The notes: generated from the letters alone by a model not told the origin. DNA of 64,000 nucleotides from an uncultured Acidobacteriota bacterium (GCA_963811425.1 CAWERV010000018.1:195332-259331), one strand, 5' to 3'; positions 1-11,078 are shown, counted from the first letter of the stretch. Made by a program: numbers and translations.

Positions 1-1619
1 CGCCGATCATCTCGAAGTACTGCGTCTTGTGGCGGGACGGGGCGTCGGCGTTGGCCTTGTCGAAGGTGTACGCAAAACTCACGCCTTCGATCGGGCTTTG
101 CTTGATGCCGTCGACGGACTCGGGCTGCCGGATGCCGGATGCCTCGAGGATGGTCGGCACGACGTCGATGACGTGGTGGAATTGGTGGCGGATGCCGCCC
201 GCATCCTTGATGTGCCCCGGCCAGGAGATCGCCATGCCCTGCCGGATGCCGCCAAAGTGCGAGGCGATCTGCTTGGTCCAGTTGAACGGCGTGTCGAAGG
301 CCCACGCCCAGGCGACGGCCATGTGGTTGTAGGTCTGGTCCGAGCCCCAGGCGTCGTAGAAGTACTTGAGCTGGTCCTCGACCGGGACTTCGACGCCGTT
401 GAACATGGCGACTTCGTTCGGCGTGCCGATCAGCGTGCCCTCGGAGCTCGTGCCGTTGTCGCCGTTGATGTAGATGATCAGCGTGTTGTCGAGCTTGCCC
501 ATGTCCTCGACGGCCTGGATCACCCGGCCGATCTCGTGGTCGGTGTAGGCCACGTAGGCGGCGTAGACGTCGACCTGCCGGAGGAACATCTTCTTCTCGT
601 CGGCGTGCAGTTGGTCCCAGTCGCTTCAGGAGATCGTTCGGCCACGGCGTCAGCTTGGCGTCCTGCGGGATCACGCCAAGCCGCTTCTGGTTGGCGAAGA
701 TCTGTGTCGCGCAGCTCGTTCCAGCCCTTGTCGAACAGATGCATGTCGCTGATCTTCTTGATCCATTCGGGCGTCGGGTGGTGCGGCGCGTGGGTGCCGC
801 CCGGGACGTAGTAGCAGAAGAACGGCTTGCTTCGGGTCGATCTGCGTTGAGCTGGTTCAGCCAGTCGATGGCGTCGTCGGCCATCGGCCGTGGTCAGGTT
901 CCAGCCCGGCTTGCCGACGTAGGGGTAGATCTGCGGTCGTGTTGCGGAAGAGGTTCGGCTGCCACTGGCTCGTGTCGCCGCCGACGAATCCGTAGAAGTA
1001 GTCGAAGCCCATGCCGATCGGCCACTGGTCGAACGGTCCGGCCTGGCTCGCCTGCGAAGGCCGGCACGTTGTGGTCCTTGCCGAACCACGACGTGGCGTA
1101 GCCGTTGTCCTTCAGGATCCGGCCGATCGTCGCCTTGTCCTCGGTCGATGATGCTGTTGTAGCCGGGAAAGCCGGTGGACTGCTCGGAGATCACGCCGAA
1201 GCCGGCCGAGTGATGGTTGCGGCCGGTGATCAGCGCCGCCCGCGTCGGCGAGCAGAGCGCCGTCGAGTTGAAGCTGCGTGTAGCGCAGGCCGGCCTTCGC
1301 GATCCGGTCGAGGGCCGGCGTCGGGATGACGCCGCCGAAGGTGCTCGGAACGCCGTAGCCGACGTCGTCGGTCATGATGAGCAGCACGTTGGGCGCGCCC
1401 TTGGGCGGCACGACGCGCGGCGCCCACCAGGGTTTGGACTGCAGCGGCGTTGTCCTTGATGACGCCGCCGAACGGCGGGTCCGGCGGCGGAAGCTGCTTG
1501 CCGTCGATCGAGGTCGTCGCCCCCGGCGAGCCCGGCGGGGCGGCCTGCTGCGCGAGAGCCGGGAGCGCGGCCGCCAGAGCGAGGGGAAGCAGGGCGATGC
1601 GGATTCCCTTGGGCTGCAT
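1..1619 (-). pseudogene. Arylsulfatase (sulfatase family), 5' part only (3' end lies beyond window start); reading frame broken several times
   Basis: ATG at 1619 follows AAGGAGG. The signal peptide [24 protein letters not shown] (ORF 1230..1736), [20 protein letters not shown] (ORF 1112..1411) and FFCYYVPGGTHAPHHPTPEWIKK (ORF 520..1194) are consecutive parts of one sulfatase but lie in different frames. Confidence 0.7.
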
Positions 1620-1748
1620 ACGAGAGCCTCCTTGCCGGAAGGACAGACTACGGCCTGTCGCTAAGTGTCTTTTCCAACACGCGTCGTACGTGTTTTCGAT
1701 GTCGTGCTGAAGGATCCGGCGTTCGATCGATCTCATCCGCGCTACGAG

Positions 1749-2312
1749 CTACCGGACGCCGGCACCGCGACCTCCGACCCCCACGCCGTGGAAGCCGGCC
1801 CCGGCGCCGCCGCCGGCCCCGATCCAGTCGATGAACAGCGCCGACTGTCCGCCGCTCGCGGGAAGCTTGCCCTTGATGAGCTTGTAGTTGTAGACGAGAT
1901 CGGCACCGTCCATGCGGGGGTTGGTGATCTCCACGACGACGAGCGTGCTGTCGTCCTGTCCCGGCTCATAAACGGAGAGCACGGCATTCGGCGGGTCGGC
2001 GGCAAAATTGTCCTTGCCGGCCTTTGCCGTCCACTCCTGGAGGTAGTCGGACATCTTCATATGCCCGGCGAGTCGGACCGGCCGATCCGAAAAGTACAGG
2101 GTCTGTTGACCCACTTTGACCAGGCGGAGCGTTTTCGCGGCATCGTCCACCTTGAGGTCTTCGCCGACCTGGACGAACATGAGCTGAGCCTGTTGCTTTG
2201 GGGCCGGGGTCGCAGCCATAGCCGCCACCGGTAGGAGAACTGCGGCTGCGCCGAGAGCGATCGCCGCAAAGGCGCGATTCAGAAACCTGTGGAGATCAAC
2301 GGGTGTTCGCAT
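1749..2312 (-). CDS. Hypothetical secreted protein with Gly-rich C-terminal tail
   Basis: ORF 1749..2360. The internal ATG at 2312 gives a signal-peptide-like N-terminus (MRTPVDLHRFLNRAFAAIALGAAAVLLPVAAMAA). No family recognised. Confidence 0.5.
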   Translation of the reverse strand: MRTPVDLHRFLNRAFAAIALGAAAVLLPVAAMAATPAPKQQAQLMFVQVGEDLKVDDAAKTLRLVKVGQQTLYFSDRPVRLAGHMKMSDYLQEWTAKAGKDNFAADPPNAVLSVYEPGQDDSTLVVVEITNPRMDGADLVYNYKLIKGKLPASGGQSALFIDWIGAGGGAGAGFHGVGVGGRGAGVR

Positions 2313-2356
2313 GGGTTCGCTTTCTTCGTGGGGGGAAGGGGACCTGCCCCTCTCCC

Positions 2357-2773
2357 TCACTGTGTAATCTGGGCGAGGATCTTGGCCTTCGCCGCGTTGT
2401 AGTCGCTCTCGGTGATCAAGCCCTGCTTGTAGAGAGATTCCAGCTCCTGGAGCTGTTGCTGCGGCGTCTTCTGGGCAGGGGCCGCCTGCGCGGGCGCCGC
2501 CGACTTCGCCGCCGCCTGAGCCGCGGCCGCGGAAGCCTGCGCCGAAGCCGCTGCGGATTGCGCCGCCGCGGTCTGGGCTGCCGCCGACTGTTGCGCTGCC
2601 GCCGACTGTTGCGACGCCGCGGCGCTCTTTTCGGCTCCCGCGGAATACGCCACGACCGCAGTTCTCCGCCGGACGCCGAAAACGGCCGAACTGGGAGCCG
2701 CGTACACGAGCACAGCGACAGCGCCAAGAAGGACCCTGGCGAGAAGAGAGGTTCGAATTGGGTTTCGCATCAC
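2357..2773 (-). CDS. SHOCT-domain protein with Ala/Gln-rich low-complexity linker
   Basis: GTG start at 2773 and an N-terminal hydrophobic segment. The C-terminus LQELESLYKQGLITESDYNAAKAKILAQI fits the SHOCT short C-terminal domain pattern. Confidence 0.6.
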   Translation of the reverse strand: MMRNPIRTSLLARVLLGAVAVLVYAAPSSAVFGVRRRTAVVAYSAGAEKSAAASQQSAAAQQSAAAQTAAAQSAAASAQASAAAAQAAAKSAAPAQAAPAQKTPQQQLQELESLYKQGLITESDYNAAKAKILAQITQ

Positions 2774-2795
2774 GACAATCCTCCTTGTTCGGGCT

Positions 2796-3398
2796 TTACG
2801 ACTTCTTGCGCGTGTACTGGAGCTCCATGATCTTGGCCATCTTTCCGGTCAGATCCGCCTCCCAGAGCTCCGTTATGTGATCGCCGCTAGCGGCGATGCT
2901 GAGCCTCATCTCGAGCTTTCTCGGTTGGCCCGTGACCTCGTCGGCGATCGTCGCGGTCATCTTCGCGAGCCTGCCGGAAGCATCCATCGTCCCCGTGTAC
3001 CACTCCATGCCGGTGCTACCGGTGTCCATGTAAGTTGCAACGTACTTCTTCGCAACGTTGTCGTAGCCCGCATAGCCGATTCCGCTCCAGGGCGCGCCCC
3101 CGATGTATCCCGCCAGCATCTGTTGCACGTAGCGGTTGCCGAGCACCCAGCTCGCGACCGACGTCGCCGTCGACTCGTACGGGGGCTTGGAGGGATCGAG
3201 CCAGGTTCGGATCTTCACGTCGAAGGTGCCCACCAGGAAATCCAGCTTCTTCTGCGCCTCTCCCGGGGTCATCGCCTTCTCCATGGCCGCCGCGATCTCC
3301 GCGTCGGTCGGGGCCTTCGCCTTCTCCTGCGCGACGGAGCCGGCCGCGATAACAAAAACGGCGGCCGCCAGAACCGCCGCTCGACAGAATCCTTTCAT
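2796..3398 (-). CDS. DUF1579-family secreted protein
   Basis: ORF 2796..3422. The internal ATG at 3398 is preceded by GAGGAG and followed by a signal peptide. The sequence (FLVGTFDVKIRTW...GNRYVQQML...) resembles the DUF1579 family from memory. Confidence 0.6.
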   Translation of the reverse strand: MKGFCRAAVLAAAVFVIAAGSVAQEKAKAPTDAEIAAAMEKAMTPGEAQKKLDFLVGTFDVKIRTWLDPSKPPYESTATSVASWVLGNRYVQQMLAGYIGGAPWSGIGYAGYDNVAKKYVATYMDTGSTGMEWYTGTMDASGRLAKMTATIADEVTGQPRKLEMRLSIAASGDHITELWEADLTGKMAKIMELQYTRKKS

Positions 3399-3536
3399 TT
3401 CAACTCTCCTCATTCTCTGCACTCCAATTCACTCGTCGCCTCGACGAGGTATGGCGGAAACGCTATCCGACCGAATTGCGATAGGAACTGATACGAACAT
3501 ATCATTCGAGGCTCGCCCGGTGTTAGGCTCTGCGAA

Positions 3537-4886
3537 ATGCTCGGCGGCCGCCCGGCGACCACCCGAGGTTTCTTCATTGCCGCTCTGGCGGCGGTCGTCC
3601 TACTCTGGGGGTCGGCGGGCTGCTCTTACCTGAAGTGGCGACGCGAGAAGAAGGTGGAGCGCGCCGAACTCGCGAAGAGCCCCGGCAACCTGGCCCTGGA
3701 GAGAGAGTACGCGCCCCAGGACTGCTACGGCCTCGTGGGACGGGTCGCGGTGCCGGCCGCGACGAAGGGGCCGGTGCTCGCTGCCGCTTTCGAGCATGCG
3801 AGCCCGGCCCACGAAGTCGTGGGATCCCGCGAGGTGGTGCGGGAGACCGGCTATTACGGGCTCCTTCTCCCGGCGGGTACTTACGACCTCGCCTTCTTCG
3901 CGGATCTGAACCGTGACGGCTTCTTCGAGACGGACGAAGTCATCGGCCGCACGGCGCCGGATGCGCCGGTCATCGTGGGGCCGGCCGAGTCGAAGGACGG
4001 GGTCTCCGTGCTGGCCCCCAACGTCACCCTCGACCTCGCGGTGCCTTCCTCGGCGGAGGCCGCCGTCCGCGTCAAGGCCGTTCCCATTCCGTTCGTGGTC
4101 GAGTCGGTGGACGACCCGATCTTCGCTCCCGAGATGGGGGAGATGGGCGTCTATCAGCCGATTCAGTTTCTCGCGAAGACACAGAGCTGGTTCTTCTCGG
4201 TCGGCATTCCGGACTTCTCGAAGGTTCAGGTGGTGCTCGTCCATGGGATCGACGGGACACCCCGGGACTTCCGGACGCTCATCCCGAGCCTCGACCGTTC
4301 GCGCTATCAGATCTGGCTTTTCTACTACCCCTCGGGGCTTCGGCTCGACCAGGTCGGGGCGATTCTCGCGCACGGCGTCGAAAGGCTCGCGGCGGAGGGC
4401 CGGGCCAAAGACCTGCGGGTGGCGATCGTGGCCCACAGCATGGGAGGGCTCGTGGGCCGCCGCGCGGTCAACGAGATCTGCAAGTCGGGCAAACCACCCT
4501 ACCTGCGGCTGTACGCCTCCTTCGACACGCCCTATGGCGGCGTCGAGTCGGCGGCCGGCGCGGTCAAGCGAGGAACCGAGCTCGTTCCCTCCTGGGTGGA
4601 CGTCGCCTCGGGAAGCCCCTTCCTCACGCACCTCTACGAAACGCCTCTGCCGAAGGACCTCCCCTTTCATCTCTTCTTCGGCTGGGGCGAGAGCGGCGAC
4701 CACGGTCCGAGCCCGGCGGGAGACGGCACGATCGCACTGCCGAGCCAACTCGACCCGCACGTGCAGGCCGCGGCGACGCGCATGATGGGTTACGGCGACA
4801 CGCACGTCGGCATCCTGTCCGATGCCAACGCGTTGAAGGAGCTCTCGCGCGTGCTCGAACAGACGACGGCAGCAGCGAAGCCGTGA
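3537..4886 (+). CDS. Alpha/beta-hydrolase, lipase/esterase-like
   Basis: Intact 449-aa ORF with a nucleophile-elbow motif AHSMGG (GxSxG), preceded by VVLVHGIDGTPRDF. N-terminal signal/lipobox-like segment. Confidence 0.7.
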   Translation: MLGGRPATTRGFFIAALAAVVLLWGSAGCSYLKWRREKKVERAELAKSPGNLALEREYAPQDCYGLVGRVAVPAATKGPVLAAAFEHASPAHEVVGSREVVRETGYYGLLLPAGTYDLAFFADLNRDGFFETDEVIGRTAPDAPVIVGPAESKDGVSVLAPNVTLDLAVPSSAEAAVRVKAVPIPFVVESVDDPIFAPEMGEMGVYQPIQFLAKTQSWFFSVGIPDFSKVQVVLVHGIDGTPRDFRTLIPSLDRSRYQIWLFYYPSGLRLDQVGAILAHGVERLAAEGRAKDLRVAIVAHSMGGLVGRRAVNEICKSGKPPYLRLYASFDTPYGGVESAAGAVKRGTELVPSWVDVASGSPFLTHLYETPLPKDLPFHLFFGWGESGDHGPSPAGDGTIALPSQLDPHVQAAATRMMGYGDTHVGILSDANALKELSRVLEQTTAAAKP

Positions 4887-4933
4887 GGCGCCTGTTATTC
4901 TCGCGGGGATTTCCGGAAATGGAGGATGGGCCG

Positions 4934-6805
4934 ATGAGGATTCGTGTTTGTTCGTTGACGACCGCGGTTCTGCTCGTGGCCGCTGCCTGCCAGAGGAAAG
5001 AAGCGCCGGCGCCCGCCGCATCCGAAGCCAGCAGGGCGACGACCACGATGGCGGTACCCGCGCCCGGCGCCGCTCCTGCGGCCAATTCTCTCAAGAACGC
5101 CTATTTCGGCGACCTGCACCTGCACACCGGGTATTCCATGGACGCCTTCGCGATGAACACGCGGACCACTCCGGAAGACTCCTATCGCTACGCGATGGGG
5201 GAAACGGTCGAATACATGGGGAAACCGCAGAAGCGCATCGCGCCGCTCGATTTCCTCGCCGTCACCGATCACTCGGAGTACCTGGGCGTGGTGCGCGACA
5301 CGATCGATCCCAACGGCCCGTTCGCGAAGTCCGAGTGGTACACCACGATGACCAGCAAGGATCCGGCGGTCTCCGCCGCGGCGTTCCACAAGCTGATCGG
5401 CTCGACCGTCACCAACAAGCCATTGCCCGAGTTCTCGGACCCCGCGCTGCTTCGCTCGGCGTGGGCCAGGTACGCGGCCATCGCCGACAAGTACAACAAG
5501 CCCGGACAGTTCACGGCCTTCGTGGGGTTCGAGTGGACCTCGGCGCCGGACTTCCAGAACCTGCACCGCTGCGTCATCTTCGCCGACAGGGGACCCGACC
5601 TGCCTTTCACGGCATTCGATTCGTTGGACCCCGAAGAACTCTGGCGTTACCTCGAGCAACAGCGCAAGCAGGGCCTCGAGGTCATCGCCGTCCCCCACAA
5701 CGGCAACGCCAGCAACGGCTTGATGTTCAACACGCACGACATGTCCGGCAAGCCTCTCACCCGGGACTACGCCGAGCGCCGCATGGCAAACGAGCCTCTG
5801 GCGGAGATCATCCAAGGCAAGGGGCAGAGCGACACGAGCCCCTCCCTTTCACCAACGGACGAGTTCGCCAACTTCGAGATGTGGACCTATCTGATCGGGA
5901 CCGACACGAAAGCGAAGTCCGCTACCGGCAGCTACATGCGTCAGGCCTACGGCGTTGGCCAGGAGCTGCAGGAGACGCTCGGCGTCAATCCCTTCAAGTA
6001 CGGCATCGAAGCCGGGACCGACTTCCATTCCGGGATCTCCTCGACCGAGGCGAGCAACTACCCGGGCTCGCACGGCAACCAGGACAACGATCCGAAAACG
6101 GTAATCACCGCCACCACTTCGATCAGCGGCGAGCCTCCGACCACCGTCGGCTCGGGCGGACTGACCGGCGTTTGGGCCGAGGAGAACACGCGAAAGGCGC
6201 TCTTCGCCGCGATGAAGCGCAAGGAGACCTTCGGAACCTCCGGCGTGCGGATCAAGGTTCGCATGTTCGCCGGCTGGGACTATCCCAGGGACATGACGCA
6301 GAAGGCCGACTGGGTCAAGGCGGCCTATGACGGCGGCGTGCCGATGGGGGGCGACCTGCCCGCCCGGACCGGAGCCACCGGCCCGACTTTCGCCGTGCAC
6401 GCCGTCAAGGATCCCAACAGCGGCAACCTCGACCGCATCCAGATCATCAAGATCGCGACGAAGGGCGGGAAGAGCGAGGAGAGGGTCTTCGACGTCGTGT
6501 GGAGCGGCGATCGAAAGATCGATCCGAAGACCGGGAAGGTCCCTCTGATCGGCAATACGGTCGACGTGAAGACCGCCACCTACACGAATTCGATCGGCTC
6601 GACGGAGTTGATCGGCGAGTGGATGGATCCTGCGTTCGATCCCGATGCCAGCGCGACCTACTACGCCCGCGTTCTGGAGATTCCCACGCCGCGCTGGTCC
6701 ACCTATTGGGCGGCAAAGCTCGGCCTCCCGCCCAACCCCAACGTGGCGGAAACGGTGCAGCAGCGGGCCTGGACCTCGCCGATCTGGTACACGCCGACGC
6801 GCTGA
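4934..6805 (+). CDS. DUF3604-family protein (PHP-like metal hydrolase fold), lipoprotein signal
   Basis: ATG at 4934 lies 7 nt after GGAGGA. N-terminus is MRIRVCSLTTAVLLVAAAC. The YFGDLHLHTGYSMDAF motif is typical of DUF3604. Confidence 0.7.
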   Translation: MRIRVCSLTTAVLLVAAACQRKEAPAPAASEASRATTTMAVPAPGAAPAANSLKNAYFGDLHLHTGYSMDAFAMNTRTTPEDSYRYAMGETVEYMGKPQKRIAPLDFLAVTDHSEYLGVVRDTIDPNGPFAKSEWYTTMTSKDPAVSAAAFHKLIGSTVTNKPLPEFSDPALLRSAWARYAAIADKYNKPGQFTAFVGFEWTSAPDFQNLHRCVIFADRGPDLPFTAFDSLDPEELWRYLEQQRKQGLEVIAVPHNGNASNGLMFNTHDMSGKPLTRDYAERRMANEPLAEIIQGKGQSDTSPSLSPTDEFANFEMWTYLIGTDTKAKSATGSYMRQAYGVGQELQETLGVNPFKYGIEAGTDFHSGISSTEASNYPGSHGNQDNDPKTVITATTSISGEPPTTVGSGGLTGVWAEENTRKALFAAMKRKETFGTSGVRIKVRMFAGWDYPRDMTQKADWVKAAYDGGVPMGGDLPARTGATGPTFAVHAVKDPNSGNLDRIQIIKIATKGGKSEERVFDVVWSGDRKIDPKTGKVPLIGNTVDVKTATYTNSIGSTELIGEWMDPAFDPDASATYYARVLEIPTPRWSTYWAAKLGLPPNPNVAETVQQRAWTSPIWYTPTR

Positions 6806-6848
6806 GCCCCCGCACGGCACGAGGAGACGGCAACCCGCAGGGCCAGCC

Positions 6849-8123
6849 CTAGTTCCCCGGCGACCCCGGGGTTCCCGGCTGCACTCCAATGCGAGCGTCC
6901 TCGCCTTCCCCGGACAACAGCACCGGGGGATGCTTGGCCCATTCGTGGCCCTCGAGTGCCATCCCGTACGCGAGATCGAAGAGGGACCGCATGTAGGGAG
7001 TGTCGAAATCCGACGTGTGCGGGGTCTTGAACGTGGCCGGAATGTAAGCGAGATTGTAGTCCACGTGGTCCCGCCGGGTGATCGTGTAGATCCGGTACAG
7101 GTCCCCCATCCCCTGGTACTGGATCAGGCAGGAGATCGCCCGCATGGCGATCGGCAGCGTCCGGCGGTCCACTTGTGCCCACTCCGGATCGAGCCGGGCG
7201 TTCCGGATGACGTACAGCGTCCTCTGTCTCTCGCTGTCGTGCTCGGCCGACAGCTTCGCGAGCTCCGCCGCGATCGGGTACACGAACACCTGGTTCGAGG
7301 TGCCGCCGTCCACGTGCATCTCCTGGTACGCCTGCTCTCCCGTCTGCACGTCGATCATCACCGGCGGGAAGGTGCCGGGGATGGCCGCCGAAGCCATCAG
7401 GATCTTATGAACGAGCTCGAGCGCCCCCGGGCTGCGGGTGGCGGCGATCTTCGTGACGTTCCAGATGACGGGCCGCCGGGCGTCGAGGTTGGTCGTCCCG
7501 ACCATAAGGATGCGGCCCTTCTCGTACTCGGCCGCGATCGCGTCGAGCATCTCTTGCGTCACATACTTCTTGACGAGGCCGTAGAGAGGCGAGGTGTCTG
7601 CCATCGCGTCGCCGAAGAACGCGGAGAATACCGACCGCGGCTCGGCGATGTCCTTGAGGGACACCCCGGTATAGAGCGACTTCAGCTTCTCGTCGTACGC
7701 GGGCCCCAGGAACGCGAACGGAGCGATCAGCGCGCCCGTGCTGACACCCGTAACCAGCTTGAATCTCGGCCGGGTCCCGGCCCTGGTCCAGCCATTCAGA
7801 AGACCCGCTCCGTATGCTCCGTTGTCGCCGCCCCCGGAGATAGCGAGGTACGCAACGGGAGGCATCTGCGCCCCGTACTCCAGCTGGAGAGCTGCACGCT
7901 CCCGGGCCCACGAGTCCACGAAGTCCCGTTCGAACAGTTGCACGTCCTCCGCGTCGCGGGGGAAATACCGCATCCCCGGCGGGAAGCCGGCGACCTCCGC
8001 CTGGGTCACGAGGTTGGACGGCACGGCCGGCCGGCGCGGCGCGGACGCGCAGGCGCCGATGGACAAGGCCGCAGCCGCGACAAGGATTGCGGCGGTCGGC
8101 TTGCGGGCGGATGTTCCGGGCAT
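6849..8123 (-). CDS. Patatin-like phospholipase, lipoprotein signal
   Basis: Intact 424-aa ORF with the oxyanion motif LAISGGGDNGAYGAG and the serine-lipase motif GVSTG. Confidence 0.8.
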   Translation of the reverse strand: MPGTSARKPTAAILVAAAALSIGACASAPRRPAVPSNLVTQAEVAGFPPGMRYFPRDAEDVQLFERDFVDSWARERAALQLEYGAQMPPVAYLAISGGGDNGAYGAGLLNGWTRAGTRPRFKLVTGVSTGALIAPFAFLGPAYDEKLKSLYTGVSLKDIAEPRSVFSAFFGDAMADTSPLYGLVKKYVTQEMLDAIAAEYEKGRILMVGTTNLDARRPVIWNVTKIAATRSPGALELVHKILMASAAIPGTFPPVMIDVQTGEQAYQEMHVDGGTSNQVFVYPIAAELAKLSAEHDSERQRTLYVIRNARLDPEWAQVDRRTLPIAMRAISCLIQYQGMGDLYRIYTITRRDHVDYNLAYIPATFKTPHTSDFDTPYMRSLFDLAYGMALEGHEWAKHPPVLLSGEGEDARIGVQPGTPGSPGN

Positions 8124-8313
8124 TTCGGCCGAGGAGTCTACCTCTCAGCAACACACGCGGCACCCGCACCAGCGTGCTGGAGCGCAGTGACCACTCTTCC
8201 GGCCTCCAGGCGCACTTCATGCCCGCTTCAACGCGTACGGGTACAAAGGAGTGAACGCGCATGCCTCCCCTTCCGAAATCGCTCCCGCTCCAGCCGGAGA
8301 CGGAGCCCGCCTG

Positions 8314-8646
8314 ATGCCCGGAACCCGACCATGGCTCTTCCTTGCAGCCTCCGCTCTTTTCGAAGTCGTCTGGATCGTCAGCCTGAAGCTGACGGACGGC
8401 TTCGCACGGCTGGCTCCTCTGGTCGTCTACGCTGTCTCGGGCCTCGGCGCGGCGGTCCTGCTCTCGATGGCCATGAAGGTGATCCCCATGGGCACGGCCT
8501 ACGCCGTGTGGATGGGGCTCTCCGTCGTGGGCGCGCTCGCCGTCGACGTCGCTCTCTTCCGGGAACCCTGGAATGCCTTCCGGTTCGGGTGCGCGTTGCT
8601 GATACTGGCCGGTACGTGCGGCCTGAGGCTAACGACATCCCGCTGA
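8314..8646 (+). CDS. sugE: SMR-family small exporter (SugE/Gdx-like)
   Basis: ORF 8251..8646; the ATG at 8314 gives a ~110-aa four-TM protein. FEVVWIVSLK and GTAYAVWMG match conserved SMR/SugE blocks. Confidence 0.75.
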   Translation: MPGTRPWLFLAASALFEVVWIVSLKLTDGFARLAPLVVYAVSGLGAAVLLSMAMKVIPMGTAYAVWMGLSVVGALAVDVALFREPWNAFRFGCALLILAGTCGLRLTTSR

Positions 8647-8712
8647 CTCCGGCGCGAAGCCCTCTCTGGACCCTCGCCGAGTCGACGCATCGGCCTCCCC
8701 CGTTCCGGCAGG

Positions 8713-9186
8713 CTATTTGGCCGCGGCGGCGAGCTTCTCCGACCGCTTCCGCATCTCTTCCGGCGACACGTCCTCGACGTGGGTGGCAACGTACCACTGA
8801 TGGCCGAATGGATCCTCGAGCCCCCCCGTTCGGTCTCCGTAGAACTGGTCGGCAACCGGCCGCGTGAGTTTCGCTCCTGCGGCGACGGCGCGGTCGACCG
8901 TCTTGTCCACGTCGTCGACGTAGAGCAAGAGCGAGATCGGAGAGCCGCCGACGGACCTGGGCGAACGCGCTTTCATCTCGAGATTCTCATCGGCGAGCAT
9001 GACGTGCGAGTCGCCGATCTTCACTTCCGCGTGACCGATGCGGCCGCCGGGGGCCGGCATCCGCATCACCTCTTTGGCGCCGAAGGCCTTCTTGTAGAAC
9101 TCGATCGCTGCCGCGGCGCCGTCGACGATCAAGTACGGCGTGACGACGTGGTAGCCCTCGGGTATCGGCTTCACTTTTGTTGCCAT
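8713..9186 (-). CDS. VOC/glyoxalase-family protein (PhnB-like)
   Basis: Intact 157-aa ORF. VVTPYLIVDGAAAAIEFYKKAFGAKE...GHAEVKIGDSHVMLADE is a typical VOC-fold signature. Confidence 0.75.
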   Translation of the reverse strand: MATKVKPIPEGYHVVTPYLIVDGAAAAIEFYKKAFGAKEVMRMPAPGGRIGHAEVKIGDSHVMLADENLEMKARSPRSVGGSPISLLLYVDDVDKTVDRAVAAGAKLTRPVADQFYGDRTGGLEDPFGHQWYVATHVEDVSPEEMRKRSEKLAAAAK

Positions 9187-9402
9187 GGGACTTCTCCTTT
9201 CCGGGTCAAACGCGAACCACGGACCATCTTCTTATCAGACGGACGTGACGAAAATGAAGCCCTCGGGCACGTCGAGTAGCTTCTCGGCGCGAGAAAACAA
9301 GTGACGCCTCGAGGGCAGTGTCCATCGCGCCATTGGCGCGCCCTTTGCAGGATCAGTGGGGGGGATTGCAATGGGGCAGTCCGCGCTCTCAAGGAGGATC
9401 GG

Positions 9403-9717
9403 ATGAGAAAGCTTCTCGCTGCTTCACTGTTTCTGGTGGTCTTGATGTCGGCGGCCGCCCTCGCGGCTCAGTCGACCGACAATTCGTCCAGTGACAAGAC
9501 GATCTATGGAACGGTGAGCAAGGTCGACGCCGCCGCCAAACAAATGGTCGTCGAGGACAGCAACAATAAAGAGGTAACGATCTACTGGGACGACACCACG
9601 AAGTTCGAAGGCGGGCAACCCCAAGAAGGGGCGAGCGTAACGGTCTCCGTCGGAGAGCACGAGGGGAAGACCATGGCGAAATCGATCCAGACGCGCCCGC
9701 CGAAGAAGCCCTACTAG
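9403..9717 (+). CDS. Small secreted hypothetical protein
   Basis: ATG at 9403 lies 5 nt after AAGGAGG, followed by signal peptide [25 protein letters not shown] looks lower than the surroundings. Confidence 0.55.
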   Translation: MRKLLAASLFLVVLMSAAALAAQSTDNSSSDKTIYGTVSKVDAAAKQMVVEDSNNKEVTIYWDDTTKFEGGQPQEGASVTVSVGEHEGKTMAKSIQTRPPKKPY

Positions 9718-11078
9718 GCGAGCGGGCCCGTCCCGGGAGATCCCGAGCGCGACGGCCTCGCTACGGGCGGCCGATTGGCGATCGAGGCGTCGAGGATCTC
9801 GATGGGATGCGAGGGAGGGCAGGGTGAGGCCGCGCTGCCGCAGGAGCTTGCCGATCTGGAGCGTGCAGCCCGGGTTGGCGGTCGCGAGAAGGTCCGGCTT
9901 CGTCGCCAGCACGTTGTCGACCTTGCGCTCCCCGATCTCGTCGGCGGCTCGGGCTCGACCAGGTTGTAGATGCCGGCGCTGCCGCAGCACTGGTCGCCGT
10001 CGGGGATCTCGACGAGCGTCGAGCCCCGGGATCGCCGCGCAGCAGCGCGCGCGGCTGCTCGCGGATGCCCTGGGCGTGCGCGAGGTGGCAGGCGTCGTGG
10101 TAGGCGACGCGGGCGCGGATCGGGTGGCGCGGCGCGACGGGCGGCAGCGACGGCGAGGAACTCGGTGACGTCGCGCGACGTTCGCGGAGAAGGCGGCGGC
10201 GCGCGCGGCCCAGGCCGGGTCGCTTCGCGAAGAGCCGGCCGTAGTCCTTCAGGTTCGATCCGCAGCCGGCGGCGTTGACGAGGATGGCGTCGAGCCGTCC
10301 CTCTCGAACGCGTGCGATCAGGCTCGCGGGCGAAGCCGAGCGACTCCTCCTCGCGGCCCGCGTGGATCGAGAGCGCGCCGCAGCAGCCCTGCCCCTCCGG
10401 CACGACGACCTCGCAGCCCTCGGCGGCGAGGACGCGGAGCGTGGCCTCGTTCACGCCGGGAAAGAAGACGCGCTGGACGCAGCCCGCCGACGAGGCCGAC
10501 GCGGGCGCGGCGGGCCCCGACGGCCTCGACGCGACGCGGGAGGCGATCCGTCAGCGCTCGCGGCGCCGACGGCGCGGCATGAGCGCGTCGAGCTGCGCGA
10601 GCCGCCGCGGCAGGAGCCGGAGGAGCCCGCTTCGCGCGCACGAGAGCCACTGCAGGCCCGTCTTCGCGTAGAGCAGCGAGCAGCGCGCGCGAGGACCCGC
10701 AGCCGCGCCGGGTACGGGAAGAGCGAAAAGAGCACTCGCGGTGGAGCCGGTCGAAGCCGCGCCGCGTCGAAGCGCTTCTCGAGCCGCGCGCGCGTCTCCT
10801 CGATCAGCACGTCGTAGCGCACGCCCGAGGGACAGGCGGTCACGCAGCGCCATGCAGCCGAGGCAGCGGTCGAAGTGCTTCGCGACCGTCGTCGCTCCAT
10901 CGCGAGTCGTCCCGTCCGCGAGGCCGCGCATGAGGTCGATGCGGCCGCGCGGCGAGTCCATCTCCTCGCCCCAGGAGACCCAGGTCGGGCACGCCGGGAG
11001 GCAGAAGCCGCAGTGGACGCAGTCGTCGAGAGGGGCCGCCTGCGCGCGAGCTGCCGGCCGCGGCGCGGCCGCGGACAT
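9714..11078 (-). pseudogene. glcF: Glycolate oxidase Fe-S subunit GlcF, split over at least three frames
   Basis: The N-terminal piece with [14 protein letters not shown] is in ORF 10551..12068, the next with [12 protein letters not shown] in ORF 10451..10900, then [11 protein letters not shown] in ORF 9714..10454 and [16 protein letters not shown] in ORF 9424..9990. The C-terminus returns to ORF 9714..10454. Confidence 0.7.

Noticed and set aside
8124-8313. Guanidine riboswitch upstream of the SugE/Gdx-like exporter
   Set aside because: Gdx genes are often riboswitch-controlled, and the leader contains CCGGAGACGG ... CCCGG, faintly like guanidine-III. The conserved 3' half (CAGGACAAGACGG-like) and the ACGR-loop hairpins of guanidine-II are absent. 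A covariance-model search (ykkC, mini-ykkC, ykkC-III) would settle it.
6645-8867. 740-aa plus-strand ORF, and similar very long ORFs (27683..29830 +, 3600..5021 -, 33019..34518 -, 35166..36947 +, 50695..52239 +, 37657..39147 +)
   Set aside because: Each lies antisense to, or out of frame with, a gene that has clear family motifs (patatin, TrxR fusion, lipase, HAO, RND, porin). Their products are Arg/Pro/Gly-rich low-complexity strings, as expected for stop-poor shadow frames in high-GC DNA.
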